This document shows, piece by piece, positions 1 to 12,100 of a stretch of DNA of 64,000 nucleotides. Positions within the stretch are counted from its first letter, which is position 1; the number at the start of each line of letters is the position of its first letter. Below the pieces are notes generated by a model that did not search any database, was not told where the DNA came from, and saw nothing but the letters and a program-made list of their open reading frames with translations. The stretch is taken from the NCBI GenBank assembly GCA_964016885.1, contig OZ024741.1, forward strand, positions 18,910,001-18,974,000. The letters run 5' to 3'. The position numbers were made by a program, and so were the translations under genes. This stretch comes from Eledone cirrhosa (lineage: Eukaryota).

Positions 1-226
1 TATTTCTACAGCATTGCATCGGCCTTTTAAAACCTATCAGTCATTAGGAATTAGAAGTAATTTATTTGCTGTTGTAGAACTATCCAGTAGTAAATTCATA
101 ACAAAGTTATAAAACCTTTCAGATATTTTTGCATCCCAGTTTTTAATCCTTCTATTTTGGCAGAAGTGACTATAAAGGGTTTTGACACCAGGAAGAGCAC
201 CTGACTGTAAATGACAAAAAAAAACT

Positions 227-288
227 CTGTCCAACTCATGCCAGCATACAAAAGATATAAAAATAACAGCAATGATGATGATGATGAT
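227..288 (+). mobile_element. 3' tail fragment of RTE-tail SINE family ((GAT)n tail)
   Basis: GTCCAACTCATGCCAGCAT...(GAT)n resembles the reverse complement of the (CAT)n...GCATGGGTTTGGAC end of the RTE LINE at 48437-48500. Confidence 0.55.
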
Positions 289-959
289 AATTGTATTTGA
301 ATGTTTTGAGAATAAGAGGCTATGTTTCTAGTCTGTATGATAACTTCTATTATGGTAAAACTTTACCTTTAAAATTGTCTCTTCTGGCTATTTTAGGGAT
401 TGGGGTGGGCTTCATATTGTTTTTCTTTGTTTTTTTTTTCTCTTTTATTTCCACATTTTGGTGGTGGGCGGTGATGGGTTAACCCAAAACATTGTACATT
501 TTTCCTAATGGTATTTGACTAGCTAGTAATTAGGCTCGTTAACTAAGAGGTATTGAATATTTGTTGTTGCTAGGAGTTTTTCTCATTTTTTTCCACATTG
601 CATTTTTAAATAGTAAGTAATTCACATCAACATCAGTATTTAATGAGAACGTAATGATTAATAGTGATGTTGGAGGGTCATTAAGTTAACTATGTTTGAC
701 ACAGTTAACGAGACTAGATATTCAAGTTATAGTAGGTCTGGCTGACTTCCCTATTCAGTGCTGTGTCCTCTCCTTTTGTCATCTTCACTTCAACCAATTG
801 ATCATACAATGATCTTTGCCAAAATCATGTGAGGTAATTCACTGAGAAAACATAAGACCCCTAATAGGATGTGTTTGTCTCTTCCCTGTCTTATGAGGGG
901 TTATAATGAAAAACATGTGATGATGGTTTTGATGTGATGGGAAACATGTTATCTACTAA

Positions 960-1168
960 CCCTTTTGTTACTGGAAGACTGCCTATGATTTTCAAATAAT
1001 TTTGAAAATAATCAAACAATTAAAGGAATTTAGTAATATCACTTTCTTATTAATAAGCTGGTGTTTGGAACATAACTTAACAAAGTTTGTTACATATAGA
1101 CACTTTAAATAAAACAATTTTGTAATGTAGAATGAGGGTCATTTTCAAGTGGTTTGCTAAGAAAAGGG
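960..1168. mobile_element. piggyBac-type MITE
   Basis: TIRs CCCTTTTGTTAC / GCTAAGAAAAGGG, flanked by CTAA (956-959) and TTAA (1169-1172). Internal sequence recurs at ~1430-1750 and ~58590-58700. Confidence 0.6.
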
Positions 1169-1484
1169 TTAACTGACAACAGGTTTTGCAATCAGAATAG
1201 GGCCATAAAGTCTCATTTTGAAATCCTTAATCTCACTTTGAATTGATATGTCCTCACTTTGAATTACAAATACTGAAGTTATAGAAATAGTGATTGAGGT
1301 CTATTTCTAGTCAAGAAACTTATTCAGCTGGAACTTACACAGATTCTATGAGGCACTCAGTGACTGAGACTACAAAATGCCCCTGTCTTTAACAGTTTTG
1401 TTATTACCCATTGCTTTTATTTTGAAGATATCTAATAATTTACAGGCTTTTCATAAAATAGCTAACGTTCTCATTATTAAGTTG

Positions 1485-1674
1485 AAGGGCAGTGGATTGC
1501 CAGTATCGGTAGAGAGTCAGACGCCATGCTTTACAGCAAAGGGTTACGGCCCTTTATGGTCTGAGTTCAAATCCCGCCGAGGTTAACTTTGCCTTTCATC
1601 CTTATGGGGTCGATAAAATAAAGTACCAGTAATACACTAGGATAATTGCTGACCTTGTGCCAAAAGTAGAAACA
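1485..1674 (+). mobile_element. tRNA-derived SINE (family A) with 12-bp TSD
   Basis: B-box-like GAGTTCAAATCC and core GGTTAACTTTGCCTTTCATCCTTATGGGGTCGATAAAATAAAGTACCAG. TSD ATTATTAAGTTG at 1473-1484 and 1675-1686. A closely similar inverted copy lies at 61751-61938. Confidence 0.85.
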
Positions 1675-1768
1675 ATTATTAAGTTGGTGTTTGGAACATA
1701 ACTTAACAAAGGTATTTACATAAAATTAAGATGGAAGGTTTTTAGATAAATATTTCTGTGACTAATAT

Positions 1769-2046
1769 ATGGCTTAATGATTAGAATGTTGGGCTTGCAT
1801 CAAGTGATTTTGTGCCATGAACAAAACACTTTGTTTCTCCAGTTTACCCAGCTGTAGAAATAAGTTGTGATGTCACTGGTGCCAACCTGTATCAGCCTTA
1901 ACCTTTCCCTTAGTCAGCATTGGTGGTATGCATGAGTAATGGCTGATCTTCTACAAACAACCTTCTCCAGGCTTGTGCCTCTAAGGGGAACTTTCTAGGT
2001 GCAAATCCTCTAGTCATTCATGACTGAAGGGGATCTTTACCCTTTA
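1769..2046 (+). mobile_element. degenerate tRNA-derived SINE (family B head/core, different tail)
   Basis: TGGCTTAATGATTAGAATGTTGGGCTTGCA head and CTCCAGTTTACCCAGCTGTAGAAAT core match the minus-strand SINEs at 47715-47953, 51561-51900 and 59894-60232. Confidence 0.65.
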
Positions 2047-2519
2047 CTCTGATTAATATATAGATTATAGATTATAATTTTGGGTCCTATTAATCTTATC
2101 TTTAGAACTGTAACATTTTTAACAGTATTTGAATCTACAGAAAGTTTCAATCTATTTAGTCTTATCCAGTGAAACAGTGTAGATGTTAATATTTTTTTTA
2201 ATGTTATTTCTCTAAAGATGGCATTAATAAAACGTAAAAAACCTCTAATCTTATAATAAATACCCCATCTCAAACATTTGTATATTTATCTATTATTTTG
2301 GTGGTGTTATATACTTTACTTGAGTAAAGCTGGAGTTTTACTGCCACTGTGTATATCTGTATGTCTATGGATAAACTAGTAATGGCTACCTTTATATAAA
2401 GGAGAACTCAATAAATAGAGTTTATATTTTCATTGAGGAAACTGACATAGTGTTGTTATTTAGCCCCAGGTCTGCACTAACGTAACACACCTATGGTAAA
2501 AAACTATGACCTTTCCATC

Positions 2520-2860
2520 ATATTCTCAGCTATAAGTATACCCAGAGGACATTTTCTAATGTGACTTCCTTTCTCAGATACAGTAGTGTGATTTGACTTC
2601 TATCTCTAGCCATCTAGGAGCCCCCCCCCCCCTCTGCCACTATTTTCTCAGCTACAGTGCACTAAGATGAGATATAATATAACCTTCCGTTTTAAGATAC
2701 AGTAGTGTGATTTCAGGGTGATTTGACTGCTATCTCTAGTAAACGAAGAGATCCTGTTCAACCTTCATTTTCTCAGCTACAATGATATCAGAACAGCACT
2801 ACATAATGTGACCTTCCTTTTTAAGTTAGAGTTATGATTTAACTTCTATGTCTAGCAAGC
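2520..2860. repeat. degenerate ~110-120 bp tandem repeat (~3 copies)
   Basis: Recurring TTCTCAGCTA..., AGATACAGTAGTGTGATTT and GATTTGACT.CTATCTCTAG blocks. Confidence 0.55.
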
Positions 2861-3030
2861 CAATAGCCACCGTGAGCCATCACTCACAATTCATGGGAGG
2901 GTAATGCTTTCCTCCCCAGTTTACAGTTCTCTGGGAGTGTCTCAATTGATGAATTTTTCTGTTTATATTTAGAAAAGCTAATGAAAAATATAGTTCCCTA
3001 AGTGTTTTGCCTGGTTTATTATAATTTAGC

Positions 3031-3222
3031 TCCACCACCGCCACCACCACCACCACCACCACCACTACCCTCTACTACCACCACCACCACCACCACCCTC
3101 TCTACCACCACCACCCTCTCTACCACCACCACCCTCTCTACCATCATCACAACCTCTGCCATCATTGTCACATCATGATTCTAACACCATCACTACCACT
3201 ACTACTATCATAACTACTGCCC
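3031..3222. repeat. (ACC)n / (ACT)n imperfect microsatellite
   Basis: CCACCACC runs with CCCTCTCTA interruptions, leading into the 20-bp array. Confidence 0.85.
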
Positions 3223-6200
3223 TCGCCATACCACCATTACAGTCGCCATACCACCATTACAGGCACCATACCATCATTACAGCCACCATACCATCATTAC
3301 AGGCACCATACCATCATTACAGCCAAAATACCACCATTACAGGCACCATACCACAATTACAGGCACCATACCACAATTACAGGCACCATACCATTATTAC
3401 AGCCACCATACCATCATTGCAACCACCATACCACCATTACAGGCACCATACCATCATTACAGCCACCATACCATCATTACAGGCACCATACCATCATTAC
3501 AGGCACCATACCATCATTACAGGCACCATACCATCATTACAGCCACCATACCACCATTACAGGCACCATACCACAATTACAGGCACCATACCATTATTAC
3601 AGCCACCATACCATCATTGCAACCACCATACCACCATTACAGCCACCATACCATCATTACAGCCACCATACCATCATTACAGGCACCATACCATCATTAC
3701 AGCCACCATACCACCATTACAGGCACCATACCACAATTACAGGCACCATACCATTATTACAGCCACCATACCATCATTGCAACCACCATACCACCATTAC
3801 AGGCACCATACCATCATTACAGCCACCATACCATCATTACAGGCACCATACCATCATTACAGGCACCATACCATCATTACAGCCACCATACCACCATTAC
3901 AGCCACCTTAACACCATTACAGTCATCATACCATCATTACAGGCACCATGCCACCATTACAGTCACCATACCATCATTACAGCCACCATACCACCATTAC
4001 AGCCACCATACCATCATTACAGCCACCATACCACCATTACAGCCACCATACCACCATTACAGCCACCATACCATCATTACAGCCACCATACCACCATTAC
4101 AGCCACCATAGCATCAGTACAGCCACCATACCACCATTACAGCCACCATACCACCATTACAGTCACCATACCATCATTACAGGCACCATACCATCATTAC
4201 AGGCACCATACCATCATTACAGCCAGCATACCATCATTACAGTCACCATACCACTATTACAGCCACCATACCACCATACCACCATTACAGCCACCATACC
4301 ACTATTACAGCCACCATACCACCATTACAGCCACCATACCACCATTACAGCCACCATACCATCATTACAGCCACCATACCACCATTACAGCCACCATACC
4401 ACCATTACAGACACCATACCACCTTTACAGGCACCATACCATCATTACAGCCACCATACCACCATTACAGTCACCATACCACCATTACAGGCACCATACC
4501 ACCATTACAGCCACCATACCACCATTACAGCCACCATACCATCATTGCAGCCACCATACCATCATTACAGGCTCCATACTATCATTACAGCCACCATACC
4601 ATCATTACAGGCACCATACCATCATTACAACCACCATACCACCATTACAGCCACCTTAACACCATTACAGTCACCATACCATCATTACAGGCACCATACC
4701 ACCATTACAGTCACCATACCATCATTACAGCCACCATACCACCATTACAGCCACCATACCATCATTACAGCCACCATACCACCATTACAGCCACCATACC
4801 ACCATTACAGCCACCATACCACCATTACAGCCACCATACCATCATTACAGCCACCATACCATCATTACAGCCACCATACCATCATTACAGCCACCATACC
4901 ACCATTACAGCCACCATACCATCATTACAGCCACCATACCACCATTACAGCCACCATACCACCATTACAGTCACCATACCATCATTACAGGCACCATACC
5001 ATCATTACAGGCACCATACCATCATTACAGCCAGCATACCATCATTACAGTCACCATACCACTATTACAGCCACCATACCACCATACCACCATTACAGCC
5101 ACCATACCACTATTACAGCCACCATACAACCATTACAGCCACCATACCACCATTACAGCCACCATACCATCATTACAGCCGCCATACTACCATTACAGCC
5201 ACCATACCACCATTACAGACACCATACCACCATTACAGGCACCATACCATCATTACAGCCACCATACCACCATTACAGTCACCATACCACCATTACAGGC
5301 ACCATACCACCATTACAGCCACCATACCATCATTACAGCCACCATACCATCATTGCAGCCACCATACCACCATTACAGGCACCATACCATCATTATAGCC
5401 ACCATACCATCATTACAGGCACCATACCATCATTACAGCCACCATACCACCATTACAGCCACCTTAACACCATAACAGTCACCATACCATCATTACAGGC
5501 ACCATACCACCATTACAGTCACCATACCACCATTACAGTCACCATATCATCATTACAGCCACCATACCACCATTACAGCCACCATACCATCATTACAGCC
5601 ACCATACCATCATTACATCCACCATACCACCATTACAGCCACCACCATACCATCATTACAGCCATCATACCATCATTACAGCCACCATACCACCATCACA
5701 GCCACCATACCACCATTACAGTCACCATACCACCATTACAGGCACCATACCACCATTACAGCCACTATACCATCATTGCAGCCACCATACCACCATTACA
5801 GGCACCATACCATCATTACAGCCACCATACCATCATTACAGGCACCATACCATCATTACAGCCACCATACCACCATTACAGCCACCTTAACACCATTACA
5901 GTCACCATACCATCATTACAGGCACCATACCACCATTACAGTCACCATACCATCATTACAGCCACCATACCACCATTACAGCCACCATACCATCATTACA
6001 GCCACCATACCACCATTACAGCCACCATACCACCATCACAGCCACCATACCACCATTACAGTCACCATACCACCATTACAGTCACCATACCACCATTACA
6101 GGCACCATACCATCATTACAGGCACCATACCATCATTACAGCCAGCATACCATCATTACAGTCACCATACCACTATTACAGCCACCATACCACCATTACA

Positions 6201-9173
6201 GCCACCATACCACCATTACATCCACCATACCACTATTACAGCCACCGTACCAACATTACAGCCACCATTCCACCATTACAGCCACCATACCATCATTACA
6301 GCCACCATACCACCATTACAGCCACCATACCACCATTACAGCCACCATACCACCATTACAGCCACCATACCATCATTACAGGCACCATACCATCATTACA
6401 GCCACCATACCACCATTACAGGCACCATACCATCATTACAGGCACCATACCACCATTACAGTCACCATACCATCATTACAGTCACCATACCATCATTACA
6501 GCCACCATACCACCATTACAGCGACCATACCACCATTACAGCCACCATACCACCATTACAGCCACCATACCATCATTACAGCCACCATACCACCATTACA
6601 GCCACCATACCATCATTACAGCCACCATACCACCATTACAGCCACCATACCACCATTACAGCCACCATACCACCATTACAGTCACCATACCACCATTACA
6701 GGCACCATACCATCATTACAGGCACCATACCATCATTACAGGCACCATACCACTATTACAGCCACCATACCACCATTACAGCCACCATACCACCATTACA
6801 GCCACCATACCACTATTACAGCCACCATACCAACATTACAGCCACCATACTACCATTACAGGCACCATACCATCATCACAGCCAGCATACCATCATTACA
6901 GTCACCATACCACTATTACAGCCACCATACCACCATTACAGTCACCATACCTCCATTACAGCCACCATACCACTATTACAGCCACCATACCACTATTACA
7001 GCCACCATACCACTATTACAGCCACCATACCAACATTACAGCCACCATACCACCATTACAGCCACCATACCATCATTACAGCCACCATACCACCATTACA
7101 GCCACCATACCACCATTACAGCCACCATACCATCATTACAGCCACCATACCACCATTACAGGCACCATACCATCATTACAGGCACCATACCATCATTACA
7201 GCCACCATACCACCATTACAGGCACCATACCATCATTACAGGCACCATACCATCATTACAGCCACCATACCACCATTACAGGCACCATACCATCATTACA
7301 GGCACCATACCATCATTACAGGCACCATACCATCATTACAGCCACCATACCACCATTACAGGCACCATACCATCATTACAGGCACCATACCATCATTACA
7401 GCCACCATACCACCATTACAGTCACCATACCATCATTACAGCCACCATACCACCATTACAGCCACCATACCATCATTACAGCCACCATACCACCATTACA
7501 GCCACCATACCATCATTACAGCCACCATACCACCATTAAAGCAACCATATCACCATTACAGCCACCATACCACCATTACAGCCACCATACCACCATTACA
7601 GCTACCATACCACCAATACAGGCACCATACCATCATTACAGGCACCATACCATCATTACAGCCACCATACCACCATTACAGTCACCATACCATCATTACA
7701 GCCACCATACCACCATTACAGCCACCATACCATTATTACAGTCACCATACCATCATTACAGCCACCATACCATCATTACAGCCACCATACTATCATTACA
7801 GCCACCATACCACCATTACAGCCACCATACCACCATTACAGCCACCATACCATTATTACAGCCACCATACCACCATTACAGCCACCATACCATCATTACA
7901 GCCACCATACCACCTTTACAGCCACCATACCACCATTACAACCACCATACCACCATTACAGCCACCATACCACCATTACAGCCACCATACCATCATTACA
8001 GCCACCATACCACCATTACAGCCACCATACCACCATTACAGCCACCATACCACCATTACAGCCACCATACCACCATTACAACCACCATACCACCATTACA
8101 GCTACCATACCACCATTACAGCCACCATACCATCATTACAGTAACCATACCACCATTACAGTAACCATACCATCATTACAGCCACCATACCACTATTACA
8201 GCCACCATACCACTATTACAGCCACCATACCACCATTACAGCCACCATACCACTATTACAGCCACCATACCACTATTACAGCCACCATACCACTATTACA
8301 GCCACCATACCACCATTACAGCCACCATACCACTATTACAGCCACCATACCACTATTACAGCCACCATACCACCATTACAGCCACCATACCACCATTAGA
8401 GCCACCATACCATCATTACAGCCACCATACCACCATTACAGTAACCATACCACCATTACAGCCACCATACCACCATTACAGCTACCATACCACCATTACA
8501 GCCACCATACCATCATTACAGCCACCATACCAACATTACAGGCACGATACCACCATTACAGCCACCAAACCACCATTACAGCTGCCATACCATCATTATA
8601 GCCACCATACCACCATTACAGCCAGCATACGACCATACCACCATTACAGCTACCATACCACAATTACAGCCACCATACCACCATTACAGCTACCGTACCA
8701 CCATTACAGCCACCATACCACCATTACAGCTACCATACCACCATTACAGCCACCATACCACTATTACAGCCACCATACCACCATTACAGCCACCACACCA
8801 CCATTACAGCGACCATTCCACCATTACAGCCACCATACCACCATTACAGCCACCATACCACCATTACAGCTACCATACCACCATTACAGCCACCATACCA
8901 CAATTACAGCCGCCATACCACCATTACAGCTGCCATACCATCATTACAGCCACCATACAACCATTACAGCCACCATACCACCATTACAGCTACCATACCA
9001 CCATTACAGCTACCATACCATCATTACAGCCACCATACCACAATTACAGCCGCCATACCACCATTACAGCTACCATACCACCATTACAGCCACCATACCA
9101 TCATTACAGCCACCATACCATCATTACATGCACCATACCATCATTACAGGCACCATACCATCATTACAGCCAT
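3223..9173. repeat. 20-bp minisatellite, consensus GCCACCATACCA(C/T)CATTACA, ~297 copies
   Basis: Period 20 is directly visible (three units per 60-nt line). Variants GCC/GGC/GTC and CAC/CAT/CTA. Small phase shifts near 4270, 5080, 5640 and 8630. Confidence 0.98.
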
Positions 9174-12100
9174 GAAGTGATGGCTACTGCTCCCCAGGGT
9201 TGGACAGGTCTATATAGACCAAGTCAGTGTTGAAGTGATGGCTACTGCTCCCCAGGGTTGGACAGGTCTATATAGACCAAGTCAGTACTGAAGTGATGGA
9301 TACTGCTCCTCAGGATTGGACAGGTCTATATAGACCAAGTCAGTGTTGAAGTGATGGCTACTGCTCCCCAGGGTTGGACAGGTCTATATAGACCAAGTCA
9401 GTGTTGAAGTGATGGCTACTGCTCCCCAGGGTTGGACAGATCTATATAGACCAAGTCAGTGTTGAAGTGATGGCTACTGCTCCCCAGGGTTGGACAGGTC
9501 TATATAGACCAAGTCAGTGTTGAAGTGATGGCTACTGCTCCCCAGGGTTGGACAGGTCTATATAGACCAAGTCAGTGTTGAAGTGATGGCTACTGCTCCC
9601 CAGGGTTGGACAGGTCTATATAGACCAAGGAAGTGTTGAAGTGATGGCTACTGCTCCCCAGGGTTGGACAGGTCTATATAGACCAAGGCAGTGTTGAAGT
9701 GATGGCTACTGCTCCCCAGGGTTGGACAGATCTATATAGACCAAGTCAGTGTTGAAGTGATGGCTACTGCTCCCCAGGGTTGGACAGATCTATATAGACC
9801 AAGTCATTGTTGAAGTGATGGCTACTGCTCCCCAGGGTTGGACAGGTCTATATAGACCAAGGCAGTGTTGAAGTGATGGCTACTGCTCCCCAGGGTTGGA
9901 CAGATCTATATAGACCAAGTCAGTGTTGAAGTGATGGCTACTGCTCCCCAGGGTTGGACAGGTCTATATAGACCAAGTCAGTGTTGAAGTGATGGCTACT
10001 GCTCCCCAGGGTTGGACAGGTCTATATAGACCAAGTCAGTGTTGAAGTGATGGCTACTGCTCCCCAGGGTTGGACAGGTCTATATAGACCAAGGCAGTGT
10101 TGAAGTGATGGCTACTGCTCCCCAGGGTTGGACAGATCTATATAGACCAAGTCAGTACTGAAGTGATGGCTACTGCTCCCCAGGGTTGGACAGATCTATA
10201 TAGACCAAGTCAGTACTGAAGTGATGGCTACTGCTCCCCAGGGTTGGACAGGTCTATATAGACCAAGTCAGTGTTGAAGTGATGGCTACTGCTCCCCAGC
10301 GTTGGACAGGTCTATATAGACCAAGTCAGTGTTGAAGTGATGGCTACTGTGTCCCAGGGTTGGACAGATCTATATAGACCAAGTCAGTACTGAAGTGATG
10401 GCTACTGCTCCCCAGGGTTGGACAGGTCTATATAGACCAAGTCAGTACTGAAGTGATAGCTACTGCTCCCCAGGGTTGGACAGGTCTATATCGACCAAGT
10501 CAGTACTGAAGTGATGGCTACTGCTCCCCAGGGTTGGACAGATCTATATAGACCAAGTCAGTGTTGAAGTGATGGCTACTGCTCCCCAGGGTTGGACAGG
10601 TCTATATAGACCAAGTCAGTACTGAAGTGATGGCTACTGCTCCCCAGGGTTGGACAGGTCTATATAGACCAAGTCAGTGTTGAAGTGATGGCTACTGCTC
10701 CCCAGGGTTGGACAGGTCTATATAGACCAAGTCAGTACTGAAGTGATGGATACTACTCCTCAGGGTTGGACAGGTCTATATAGACCAAGTCAGTGTTGAA
10801 GTGATGGCTACTGCTCCCCAGGGTTGGACAGGTCTATATAGACCAAGTAAGTGTTGAAGTGATGGCTACTGCTCCCCAGGGTTGGACAGATCTATATAGA
10901 CCAAGTCAGTGTTGAAGTGATGGCTACTGCTCCCCAGGGTTGGACAGATCTATATAGACCAAATCAGTGTTGAAGTGATGGCTACTGCTCCCCAGGGTTG
11001 GACAGATCTATATAGATCAAGTCAGTACTTAAGTGATGGCTACTGCTCCCCAGGGTTGGACAGATCTATATAGACCAAGTCAGTACTGAAGTGATGGCTA
11101 CTGCTCCCCAGGGTTGGACAGGTCTATATAGACCAAGTCAGTGTTGAAGTGATGGCTACTGCTCCCCAGGGTTGGACAGGTCTATATAGACCAAGTCAGT
11201 ACTGAAGTGATGGATACTGCTCCTCAGGATTGGACAGGTCTATATAGACCAAGTCAGTGTTGAAGTGATGGCTACTGCTCCCCAGGGTTGGACAGGTCTA
11301 TATAGACCAAGTCAGTGTTGAAGTGATGGCTACTGCTCCCCAGGGTTGGACAGATCTATATAGACCAAGTCAGTGTTGAAGTGATGGCTACTGCTCCCCA
11401 GGGTTGGACAGGTCTATATAGACCAAGTCAGTGTTGAAGTGATGGCTACTGCTCCCCAGGGTTGGACAGGTCTATATAGACCAAGTCAGTGTTGAAGTGA
11501 TGGCTACTGCTCCCCAGGGTTGGACAGGTCTATATAGACCAAGGAAGTGTTGAAGTGATGGCTACTGCTCCCCAGGGTTGGACAGGTCTATATAGACCAA
11601 GGCAGTGTTGAAGTGATGGCTACTGCTCCCCAGGGTTGGACAGATCTATATAGACCAAGTCAGTGTTGAAGTGATGGCTACTGCTCCCCAGGGTTGGACA
11701 GATCTATATAGACCAAGTCATTGTTGAAGTGATGGCTACTGCTCCCCAGGGTTGGACAGGTCTATATAGACCAAGGCAGTGTTGAAGTGATGGCTACTGC
11801 TCCCCAGGGTTGGACAGATCTATATAGACCAAGTCAGTGTTGAAGTGATGGCTACTGCTCCCCAGGGTTGGACAGGTCTATATAGACCAAGTCAGTGTTG
11901 AAGTGATGGCTACTGCTCCCCAGGGTTGGACAGGTCTATATAGACCAAGTCAGTGTTGAAGTGATGGCTACTGCTCCCCAGGGTTGGACAGGTCTATATA
12001 GACCAAGGCAGTGTTGAAGTGATGGCTACTGCTCCCCAGGGTTGGACAGATCTATATAGACCAAGTCAGTACTGAAGTGATGGCTACTGCTCCCCAGGGT

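Noticed and set aside
3165-8144. Long His/Thr/Pro-rich ORFs (up to 1398 aa)
   Set aside because: These are read-through of a G-poor 20-bp repeat that lacks plus-strand stops. All three frames give the same peptide, and there is no unique domain or splice context.
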